Assembly: GCA_016218805.1 (NCBI GenBank) | Contig: JACRCW010000065.1 | Span: 94,040 to 158,039, forward strand | Reading direction: 5' to 3' | DNA from: Deltaproteobacteria bacterium | GTDB lineage: Bacteria > Myxococcota > JACRCW01 | DNA: 64,000 bases | Shown here: positions 50,288-58,251 of the stretch, in pieces | How the letters are laid out: each line of letters begins with the position of its first letter | How positions within the stretch are numbered: position 1 is the stretch's first letter | Notes under the pieces: model-generated | The model's input: the letters and a program-made list of their open reading frames with translations, nothing else | The model's database searches: none | Told to the model about the DNA's origin: nothing | Position numbers and translations under genes: made by a program

Positions 50288-51847
50288 TCAGCGCGCGAGC
50301 AGCCAGCCCAGCACCGCGCCCAGCGCCGCAGCCACGCCCGCCAGCAGCGCCGCATCCCACGGCGCCAGGAATCCCGGCGGCGCCGGGCGCACCGCGTTGC
50401 GCGGACCCACGGTGTCCCTGACCGCGGCGGTGGGCGGCAGCAACGCGGCGCGGGCCTGCTCCACGTCGCGCCCGCTGCCCACAAACACCAGCCGCACGCG
50501 CCCCACCTGCACCTCGTCACCGTCATGGAGGACCGCGCCGGGAACCCCAATGCCGTTCACGCGGATGCCGTTGGTGCTCCCCCCGTCCACCACCTCCCAC
50601 CGCCCTGCCTCGCGCCGCAACAGGCCATGCCGCGCGGACACGGACGCGTCCTCCAGCTCCACGTCGCTGCCCGGCTCGCGCCCCACCACCACGTGGTCAG
50701 ACGCCAGGCGGAAGATGCGTCCGCGGCCGGCGCCGTCCCGCTGCACCAGGTGGCACGGACCGCGGAACACGTCAGGACGGCCGGCGGGAACGGGCACCGC
50801 CTGCTCGTCCGTGGTCCGCTCCTCCGCCGGGATACCCAGCTCGTCCGTCAACGCCGCCGCCGCGTAGGGGATGGGTGCGGGCAGCCGCGTGAGCTGGGTC
50901 CCCTCCCGCCGGACCTCGTCATGCTCCGGGCGGCGCGGGGCCGGCAGCGGGCGCGGGACCGCCCCGGCAAACGGCGCCAGCGCGTCCGCCAGCGCCCCGC
51001 CGTGCGGCGGACGCGCCACGGGGTCGGCGTCCAGCGCCCCCCGCAGCACGCGCGCCAGCCCCGTGGGGAGGTCCGGCATCTCGGCCAGGCGGTCCGTCGG
51101 CTCCGGTGTGCTCTGGGACCACGGCGGCGCATCCGGGTCACGCAGCAGCCTCCCCGTCGCCAGCGAAAACAGCAGTGCGGCCAGCGCAAACACGTCGCTG
51201 GGTGGACGGGCGCGCTCGCCCACCAATTGCTCCGGCGCCAGGAACGCCAGCGTGCCCCACACGCGCCCCTGGCCGGTCAGCGTCGTCGCATCCGGCAGCA
51301 GCGCCACGCCAAAGTCCGCCACCACCACCTGTTCGTCCGACGTCACGAACACATTGGAGGGCTTGATGTCCCGGTGGACAATCCCCTGCTGGTGGGGTTC
51401 GGCCAGGGCCGCCGCCGCGTCGTGGGCCACGCGCACGGCCTCGCTCAGCCACAGCCGCCCGCGCCGCAGCAGCAGCTGGTGCGCCGTCAGACCGCGGATG
51501 AGCGGCATGGCGTACCAGGTCAGCGGGCGCGCCCCCGCGCGGTCTTCGCCGTGGTCCAGGATCTTCACCAGGCCCGGGTGGCTGAGGCGCTTGAGAATCG
51601 CAATCTCGCGCCCAAACCGCTCCCGCATGGCGTCCGCCTCCGCGGGCCGCCGCGACGCGTCCATCACCTTGAGCGCCACCTCCTGTCCGTCACGCGTGCG
51701 CGTGGCCCGGTACACCGCCGCCATGCCACCGCGTCCCAGCAGGGAGCGCAGCGTCCACGGGCCAATCTCCACGGGTGCGCCGGGCGGCAGGGGCTGCTCA
51801 CCCTCCAGCGCTGCCGACTGGGATCCGCCCTGCGCCGTGTCACGCAC
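50288..51847 (-). CDS. Ser/Thr protein kinase with C-terminal FHA domain and TM anchor
   Basis: 'LGRGGMAAVYRA…VALK…HRDIKPSNV…DFG…APE'. FHA 'GREPGSDVELEDASVSARHGLL…GSTNGIRVNG'. Confidence 0.8.
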   Translation of the reverse strand: MRDTAQGGSQSAALEGEQPLPPGAPVEIGPWTLRSLLGRGGMAAVYRATRTRDGQEVALKVMDASRRPAEADAMRERFGREIAILKRLSHPGLVKILDHGEDRAGARPLTWYAMPLIRGLTAHQLLLRRGRLWLSEAVRVAHDAAAALAEPHQQGIVHRDIKPSNVFVTSDEQVVVADFGVALLPDATTLTGQGRVWGTLAFLAPEQLVGERARPPSDVFALAALLFSLATGRLLRDPDAPPWSQSTPEPTDRLAEMPDLPTGLARVLRGALDADPVARPPHGGALADALAPFAGAVPRPLPAPRRPEHDEVRREGTQLTRLPAPIPYAAAALTDELGIPAEERTTDEQAVPVPAGRPDVFRGPCHLVQRDGAGRGRIFRLASDHVVVGREPGSDVELEDASVSARHGLLRREAGRWEVVDGGSTNGIRVNGIGVPGAVLHDGDEVQVGRVRLVFVGSGRDVEQARAALLPPTAAVRDTVGPRNAVRPAPPGFLAPWDAALLAGVAAALGAVLGWLLAR

Positions 51848-52036
51848 CTGCTGAACCTATCCCCGGACCTCTGCCCTCCCAAGCGGGTATTCGCGCCCGG
51901 CGTCCTCGCCTCCGCTTGTGTCGGAGCTGGTGCATGGACCCGGTGCCCGCACCGCCCGCGCGTGTGGTGGCGGCCCTGTCCGGCCGCACCCGGGCGCGGA
52001 ACGCGGGGAACGCTTGTCGTCGTCACCGAGACGCCG

Positions 52037-53257
52037 ATGGCGCCCCGCCCGCGGCGGAACAAGCGGCGCCGCTTGCTTCCGCCCGCCCAATCTCCGCAAC
52101 GTGCGCGCGTGACCCGGCTGGCCCCGCTCCTGGCGCTGGTTGGCGCGCTGCTGGCTCCGTCCGCGGCGGGCGCTGCCGAGCACGCGTGGGCGCTGCGCCT
52201 GGAACGCGGGCCGGGCACGCCGGGTTGCCCGGGGCGGGCGCGGCTGGCGGCGGGGATCACGGCCCGGCTTCCGTACGACCCGTGGTCCGCCGCGGGCCCT
52301 GGGCGGGTTGACGTGCGCATTGCGCCCGAAGGCGCGCGCCTGCGCGCCGTGGTGGACATGACGGACGGGGAGGGCCGCCACCTGGGCCGGCGCGTGCTGC
52401 ATGAGTCCCCGCACCGCTGCGCGGACCTGATGGAAGCCGTGGCGCTGACGGTGAGCCTGGCCATGGACCCGCTGCGGGCGCGCACCACGCCCGTCGCGCT
52501 GCCACCGGACGCCGCCCCGGATGACGAGGACGACCCGCCCGACAGCGCACCACCGCCCGCTGAGCCACCGCCCGTCGAACCACCGCCCAGCGCACCACCG
52601 CCCGCTGAGCCACCGCCCGTCGAACCACCGCCCAGCGAACCGCCGCCCCAGCCCGCGCCCGTCCAGCACGCGCCGGCCGTGCCCGCGTCCCCCGCGCGTG
52701 GCGTACGCTTGCCGTCGCTGCCCGCGCTTGCGCGCCCGCTGCTCCCGGCGTGGCGGGTGGATGTGCAGGTGCGCGCGCACGCGCTGGTGGCGCTGGGTCT
52801 GGCACCGCGGCCGCAGCCCGGCGGCCAGGTGGGCGTGCACCTGCGCCGGGGCGTGTGGGAGGCGGGCCTGCAGGCCGGGTGGCTGCTTCCCGCGGGCGTG
52901 ACGCGTGACGGTGCCACGGTGGAGACGCAGCTCTCCACGGCCACCTTGAGCGCGTGTCTGCGCGCAGACCTGGCCTCAGCGTGCGGCCTGGGCGTGCTGG
53001 GCCTGCGGGACGCGCGCGGCCACGGCGCGGGCTTCCTGCGCGAACGCCAGGCGTGGCTCCCCTTTGTCGCCGCCGGCCCGCGTCTCACGGTGGTGCTGCC
53101 CTACGGGCGCGCCACCGCCCTGGCCTTCCACGCGGACTTCCTTGCCGTGCCCCTGCTCACGCGCCTGCGCGAGTCCGCCACGGGAACCACCCTGTGGACG
53201 CAGCCGCCGCTGGCCGTGGTGCTGGGGGTGGGGCACCAGTTCTCCGCCACTCTGTGA
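52037..53257 (+). CDS. secreted hypothetical protein with Pro-rich (EPPPVEPPPSAPPPA) linker. Start uncertain.
   Basis: Hydrophobic 'LAPLLALVGALLAPSAAGAAEHA'. A 45-bp direct repeat at about 52550-52660 encodes 'PPPAEPPPVEPPPSA' twice. Confidence 0.45.
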   Translation: MAPRPRRNKRRRLLPPAQSPQRARVTRLAPLLALVGALLAPSAAGAAEHAWALRLERGPGTPGCPGRARLAAGITARLPYDPWSAAGPGRVDVRIAPEGARLRAVVDMTDGEGRHLGRRVLHESPHRCADLMEAVALTVSLAMDPLRARTTPVALPPDAAPDDEDDPPDSAPPPAEPPPVEPPPSAPPPAEPPPVEPPPSEPPPQPAPVQHAPAVPASPARGVRLPSLPALARPLLPAWRVDVQVRAHALVALGLAPRPQPGGQVGVHLRRGVWEAGLQAGWLLPAGVTRDGATVETQLSTATLSACLRADLASACGLGVLGLRDARGHGAGFLRERQAWLPFVAAGPRLTVVLPYGRATALAFHADFLAVPLLTRLRESATGTTLWTQPPLAVVLGVGHQFSATL

Positions 53258-53331
53258 CGCAGCACTCGCCATGGAAATCCACGCTGTTTCGCGCCCTTGC
53301 GGGAAACCGTGCGCTCGGGTGGGATGCCGTC

Positions 53332-53931
53332 ATGGATCCGCGGCGGTCCCCACAAGTACCCAGCGTGACTCCTTCCGTCGCCGTTGCTGACCCGTTGTCC
53401 GCCCCCGCCGTGCCGCGGGCGGCGCCGGTGACGCTCGCGGAGATCTACGAGGCGCACTTTGACTACGTGTGGCACTGCGTGCGGCGGCTGGGCGTGCCGG
53501 AGAAGGACCTGGAGGACGCCTGCCACGACGTATTTGTCGCCGTGCACCGCCACCTGGCCGACTACGACCCGAGCCGTCCGCTGAAGCCGTGGCTCACCGC
53601 GTTCTGCGCGCGCGTGGCGTCCAACCACCGCCGCAGCGCGCCCGTCCGCCGTGAAGTGGCCCAGGACGAACTCCCCGAGCCGGATACCCACGCCCACGCA
53701 CTGCAGCGCGAGGACGACCGCGCCAACCGCCAGCTGGTGGCGCGCGCCATGGACGGGCTGGACGAGGCGCGGCGCACCGTGTTGGTGCTGCACGACGTGG
53801 AAGGCTGGTCGGTGCCGGACCTGGCGGGTCTGCTGGGTGAGCCCGAGGGGACGCTCTACTCGCGCCTGCGGACGGCGCGGGCGATGTTTGCGGACGCGGT
53901 GCGCCGCTTGCTTGGACGGGGTGACACATGA
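53332..53931 (+). CDS. ECF-subfamily RNA polymerase sigma-70 factor
   Basis: Region 2 'YDPSRPLKPWLTAFCARV'. Region 4 'RRTVLVLHDVEGWSVPDLAGLLGEPEGTLYSRLRTAR'. Confidence 0.8.
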   Translation: MDPRRSPQVPSVTPSVAVADPLSAPAVPRAAPVTLAEIYEAHFDYVWHCVRRLGVPEKDLEDACHDVFVAVHRHLADYDPSRPLKPWLTAFCARVASNHRRSAPVRREVAQDELPEPDTHAHALQREDDRANRQLVARAMDGLDEARRTVLVLHDVEGWSVPDLAGLLGEPEGTLYSRLRTARAMFADAVRRLLGRGDT

Positions 53932-54704
53932 GCACGGAGAGGCTTGCGGACCTGCCACCGGAGGTGGCGCGCGTGCTGGACGCGGAACGCCGGGCACCCC
54001 CACCGCCGGACGGAGCGCGGGACCGCGTACGGCAACGGCTGGCCCTCACCGTGGGCGCGGCTGCCGGGGTGGCGGCGTTCTCCGCCGCCAAGGGGGCGGC
54101 GCTGTCCGCCGTTTCCGGCGCGCTGGCCGGCAAGTCCGGGGCGGGTGTGGCAGGCACCACGCTGGCCTCGCTGCTCACTGCCAAGGTCGTGGTGCCCGCC
54201 GTCATGGTGGTGGCGGTGGCCGGCGGTGTGACGGTGGCGCGCGTGGTGGAGCGTCCGGCGCGCGTGGCGGCGGTGACCGCGCCGGTTGTGGCCCGGCCGG
54301 CTCCGTCCGCGGCTGCGCCCCTCGTCGTCATCCAGCCGGCACCCGCCCCGGCGCCCGCCGTGCAACCCGCCCCGGACCCACGTGCGGTCCCGTTGTCACC
54401 GGTGCCGGTGACGCGCCCGGCCACGGGCACGCTGCCCGCGGAGCGCCGCCTGCTGGACCAGGCGCGGCAGGCGCTGGCGGACCACCGCGGTGACGCGGCG
54501 CTGGTCACACTGGACAGACACCGCGAGCAGTATGCCCGCGGCCAACTGGCGGAGGAGCGTGATGCGCTGCGCGTGATGGCGCTGGCAGACCTGGGCCGCG
54601 CCCCGGAGGCGCGCCGCGCCGCCGTCCGTTTCCTGGAGCGGCACCCGCACAGCGTGCTGCGCAGCGCCGTGGAATCCGCGGTGACCACGGCATCCCCCCG
54701 TTGA
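53928..54704 (+). CDS. putative anti-sigma factor (single TM, Pro/Ala-rich linker, C-terminal helical domain)
   Basis: ATGA overlap with the sigma gene. TM 'VVVPAVMVVAVAGGV'. The position after an ECF sigma gene is typical. Confidence 0.6.
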   Translation: MSTERLADLPPEVARVLDAERRAPPPPDGARDRVRQRLALTVGAAAGVAAFSAAKGAALSAVSGALAGKSGAGVAGTTLASLLTAKVVVPAVMVVAVAGGVTVARVVERPARVAAVTAPVVARPAPSAAAPLVVIQPAPAPAPAVQPAPDPRAVPLSPVPVTRPATGTLPAERRLLDQARQALADHRGDAALVTLDRHREQYARGQLAEERDALRVMALADLGRAPEARRAAVRFLERHPHSVLRSAVESAVTTASPR

Positions 54705-54719
54705 CGGACGGAGCAGCGC

Positions 54720-54788
54720 CATGGATCCGCGCAGTGTCCCACAAGCACATCCCAAGGCGGCCACCCTCACCGGCTGCAGGGAGCAAAC
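54720..54788 (+). other. 22-codon uORF (MDPRSVPQAHPKAATLTGCREQT) whose 5' end duplicates the 5' end of the ECF sigma gene. Its stop overlaps the downstream ATG (ATGA).
   Basis: 'CATGGATCCGCG…GTCCCACAAG.AC' is shared with 53330-53362. The uORF is in the same frame as ORF 54789. Confidence 0.25.
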
Positions 54789-56333
54789 ATGAACGGGCGT
54801 GGATTCATCCTGGCGGCAGGCGTGGCGTCGTTGTGCGGGTGCCTGCAGGACGTGGGCATTGGCACGGTGAAGCCCGGCGTGTGGGGCATCAATTCCCAGG
54901 ACCCGCAGGGTGGTGGTGGCGGTGGCGGCTCGCAACCCGGCCAGGCGGGGACGGCCTGCCAGGCGGACGCGGACTGCGCCAGCGGGCTGGCCTGTCAGCA
55001 GGCGGTGTGCGCCCGGCCGGACGGAAGCGTGCCCTGCACGGCCGACAGCGACTGCGCACCAGGCGCCCGCTGTGCCAATGGGCTGTGTTTGTTCTGTGAC
55101 AGCACCGACCCCCAGTGCGGGGGTGACATCGCCTGCAGCGACGACGCGCAGTGCGGGGGCGGCGCGGTGTGTGCCGCGGGGCGCTGCGTGCCGCCGCAGA
55201 ACGGCCAGACCTGTGACGCCAACGGCGGCTGCGGCGCCGGCGAAGCGTGCATCAATGGCGTCTGCCTCTATTGCGACCCGCAGACCGGCTGCCAGCCCGG
55301 TGACCAGCCCCCCACAGACCCCTCGGTGCCTTGCGCCTCCGACGTGGACTGCCAGCAGGGCGGCCTGTGCCTCAACGGCCTGTGCTCGCTGGGCGGCATC
55401 CCGTGTGACGCCAACGCGGCGTGCCCGGGCGGGTTTGCGTGCCTCAACGGCGTCTGCCTGCAGTGTGATTCCGCGGGCAACTGCCAGGGCCCCGGCGAAC
55501 CGCCTCCCGGCACCACCGGTGCCGCCTGCTCCGGCGCAGAGCAATGCCAGGGCGGACTGTGCGTGAACGGCCGCTGCCTTGACGGCGCGCCGCCGTGCAG
55601 CGCGGACCTGCAGTGCGCCCAGGGTGAGGTGTGCATCAACGGCTATTGCCTGGCGTGTGACAGCTCCGGCAGCTGCGTGGCCGGCGGGTCCGCTCCGCCG
55701 GCGGGCGGGTGCGGGAGCGCGTGGGACTGCCCGGACGGCTCGGTGTGCCTCAACGGCGAATGCCGCAATGGCCAGGGCGGCACCTGCTCGTCGGACCTGG
55801 TGTGCCCGGGCGGGGCGGCGTGCCTCAACGGCGTGTGCATCGCGTGTGACTCAACGGGAAACTGTGACCCCGGCGCCGGCCCGGTCCCCTGCCAGGACAA
55901 CTCCCAGTGCGCGCAAGGCGAGGTGTGCGCCGGCGGCCAGTGCCTCATCTGTGACACCGCGGGCAATTGCGTGCCCGGGGGAACGCCTCCGCCTGACGCG
56001 TGCACCGCGGACAGCCAGTGCCCCGCCGGCACGGCGTGCCTCAACGGCGTGTGTCTGACGTGTGACGCCAGCACCGGTTGCCAGCCCGGCCCGCAGGCGT
56101 GCCAGGCCAGCGCGGATTGCGCGTCCGGTCAGGCGTGCCTCAACGGAATGTGCCAGGCCTGTGACGCCACCACGGGCTGCCAGTCCGACCCGACGGCGTG
56201 CCAGTCCAACAACGACTGCACCACCAGCAGCGGGCAGGGTGGCGCCTGCATCGGCGGCCGTTGCGCGCCCCCGTGCGACGCCAACTCAGTGTGCGCCGCC
56301 GGCCAGTCCTGCCTCAACGGCTACTGCCAGTGA
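54789..56333 (+). CDS. lipoprotein made of about 16 tandem ~30-aa cysteine-rich repeats (C..G.C.NG.C..CD..G.C)
   Basis: Lipobox 'ASLCGCLQ'. Gly run. Repeats such as 'CQADADCASGLACQQAVCARPDGSVPCTADSDCAPGARCANGLCLFCD'. Confidence 0.7.
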   Translation: MNGRGFILAAGVASLCGCLQDVGIGTVKPGVWGINSQDPQGGGGGGGSQPGQAGTACQADADCASGLACQQAVCARPDGSVPCTADSDCAPGARCANGLCLFCDSTDPQCGGDIACSDDAQCGGGAVCAAGRCVPPQNGQTCDANGGCGAGEACINGVCLYCDPQTGCQPGDQPPTDPSVPCASDVDCQQGGLCLNGLCSLGGIPCDANAACPGGFACLNGVCLQCDSAGNCQGPGEPPPGTTGAACSGAEQCQGGLCVNGRCLDGAPPCSADLQCAQGEVCINGYCLACDSSGSCVAGGSAPPAGGCGSAWDCPDGSVCLNGECRNGQGGTCSSDLVCPGGAACLNGVCIACDSTGNCDPGAGPVPCQDNSQCAQGEVCAGGQCLICDTAGNCVPGGTPPPDACTADSQCPAGTACLNGVCLTCDASTGCQPGPQACQASADCASGQACLNGMCQACDATTGCQSDPTACQSNNDCTTSSGQGGACIGGRCAPPCDANSVCAAGQSCLNGYCQ

Positions 56334-56339
56334 CCCGCG

Positions 56340-56372
56340 CGCCTCGCCCCGCCCGTGCGGGGCGCGCTTCAC
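56340..56372 (+). terminator. GC-rich hairpin downstream of the Cys-repeat gene (putative terminator)
   Basis: gcgcgcc(tcg)ccccgc-ccgt-gcggggcgcgc followed by ttcacgg. Confidence 0.3.
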
Positions 56373-56443
56373 GGCGGTGACCCTCCCTCGTTGTCGCCGC
56401 CGCAGGGACCCGGTTGCGGGAGTTTGACGGTCTTACGCGGCGC

Positions 56444-56740
56444 TCACTTCTTGAAGGTGCGCACGTACTTGATGAGCAGGTCCACCTGCTCCGGCGTCAG
56501 CTTCTCCTTCATGGCGGGCTTCTTCTTGTCCTTGATGCCCTCCATGATGGACTTCTTCCAGTCGTCGTCCGTGCCCTTCTGGAAGTCCTCGCTCGCCATG
56601 TCGCGGACCTTCAGCTTCTCGCCCTGCTTGCTCTTCCCTGTCCCGTCCGCCGCGTGGCAGCTGGCGCACTTGGACTTGAACAGCTTGACCGCGTCCTCGT
56701 CCGCCGCCTTGCCCGTCGAGGGAACCACCAGGAATGCCAA
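56444..56740 (-). CDS. small mono-haem c-type cytochrome. The annotated frame starts at TTG. The ATG and signal peptide lie at 56771 but need a 1-nt frameshift to read through.
   Basis: Haem-binding 'CASCH' and distal Met 'KPAMKEK'. See the frameshift finding. Confidence 0.6.
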   Translation of the reverse strand: MAFLVVPSTGKAADEDAVKLFKSKCASCHAADGTGKSKQGEKLKVRDMASEDFQKGTDDDWKKSIMEGIKDKKKPAMKEKLTPEQVDLLIKYVRTFKK

Positions 56741-57155
56741 CGTGATCGCCGCACCCAGGAACCACTTTCATGGTCTGCTCTCCTTGTTCCGCAGCGCGCG
56801 TGCTTGCGCGCAACCGCGGCTCCGGTATCACGCCTTGGACGAACAAACACATGAAATGTGCAGGCATGCCGGATCGCGCAGGAATGTCATTTCGCAGCAT
56901 TATTCGCCGGTAGCCCACCGCTTCCGCCCCGGCCCATGTCGACGTAGAGCCCCGGGTCCTGACGGTGCTGAAAAGTGCGCAGTGCCGGTGGATGAAATGA
57001 GCCGAAATGCGCGGCATGTTCGCTGCGGCGCAGATCCTGCGACGCGCGGCGACGCGACGGAACGGAGAACCCGGCCCAGCGCATCGCGGACGGGAGCGTG
57101 GACTTGATTCCCCGCGCGGTTCCGGTGACGCTGGCGTGACGGAGGACGCTGACCC

Positions 57156-58097
57156 ATGCCGGGCCCCAGAATCCTGCTCATTGAAGACGACGCCATTCAG
57201 GCCGCGCGGGTCCAGCAACTGCTGGTGGCGCGCGGCATGGAATGCCACGTTGAGGCGCGTGGGCTGGAGGGATTCAAGGTTGCGCTGGAGGCGCCGCCGG
57301 ACGTGGTGCTGCTGGACCTCATCCTGCCGGACAAGGACGGGCATGAGATCTGCCGCTTTCTCAAGGCGGAGGCCACCACCCGGGACGTGCCCGTGTTGAT
57401 GCTGACCGCCCGCACCACGCTGCGTGACCGCGTGGATGGGCTCAACATCGGCGCGGATGACTACGTTCCCAAGCCATTTGATGATGATGAATTGGTGGCG
57501 CGCATCCACGCACTGCTGCGCCTCAAGAACCTGCAGGACCAGCTCAAGGAAAAGAACCGCAACCTGCGCGAACTGCTCTCCCGCCTGGAAGTGCTGGCCA
57601 TCACCGACGCGGTGACGGGCCTCCACAACCGCCGGCATTTCATGCAGGTGCTGGAGAGCGAGTTTGCGCGCGCGGTCCGCTATGACACGCCCATGGCGCT
57701 GGCCATGCTGGATGTGGACCATTTCAAGGCCATCAATGACCGCTTTGGCCACCCCACGGGGGATACCGTGCTGGAGGAACTGGGGCTGCTGATGCGTGCG
57801 GCCATGCGGAAGATTGACGTGGTGGCGCGCTACGGCGGCGAGGAGTTCGTGGTGCTGCTCCCGCAGACCGCCGCGGCGGATTCGCTGCTGCCCTCGCGCC
57901 GCCTCGTTGCGCGCGTGGCGGAACACCCGTTTCCCGCCATCGGCGCGTGCGTGACCGTCTCCATCGGCATCGCCGGCATGCCGGACGCCCGCATCAAGCG
58001 CCCCGAGGACCTGGTGCGCCTGGCCGACGACGCGCTGTACCGCGCCAAGCGCGCCGGCCGGAACCGCGTGGAGATGGAACCCGCCCAGGCACCGTGA
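57156..58097 (+). CDS. response regulator with GGDEF diguanylate cyclase output (PleD-like)
   Basis: REC 'ILLIEDD…VLLDLILPDKDG…DDYVPKPF'. GGDEF 'RYGGEEFVVLL' with RxxD I-site. Confidence 0.85.
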   Translation: MPGPRILLIEDDAIQAARVQQLLVARGMECHVEARGLEGFKVALEAPPDVVLLDLILPDKDGHEICRFLKAEATTRDVPVLMLTARTTLRDRVDGLNIGADDYVPKPFDDDELVARIHALLRLKNLQDQLKEKNRNLRELLSRLEVLAITDAVTGLHNRRHFMQVLESEFARAVRYDTPMALAMLDVDHFKAINDRFGHPTGDTVLEELGLLMRAAMRKIDVVARYGGEEFVVLLPQTAAADSLLPSRRLVARVAEHPFPAIGACVTVSIGIAGMPDARIKRPEDLVRLADDALYRAKRAGRNRVEMEPAQAP

Positions 58098-58251
58098 CCC
58101 TCCCCGGCGTCCCCGGTATGCCGCCGTCCCGGTTGCGCTGGGCGTGGCGGCGTCCGTCGCTGGACCCGTGCTTCTCGTCGACGGGCGCGCTTGCGGCGCG
58201 CGCCCGCGGCAACCTAGTGTCCCGCGCCCGGGGGCGTGGGCGAGGACTGTC

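Noticed and set aside
46319-50867. Multiple plus-strand ORFs (46319..47383, 47661..49670, 48449..50200, 49692..50867)
   Set aside because: They are antisense shadows of the 1421-aa tri-domain gene and the kinase gene.
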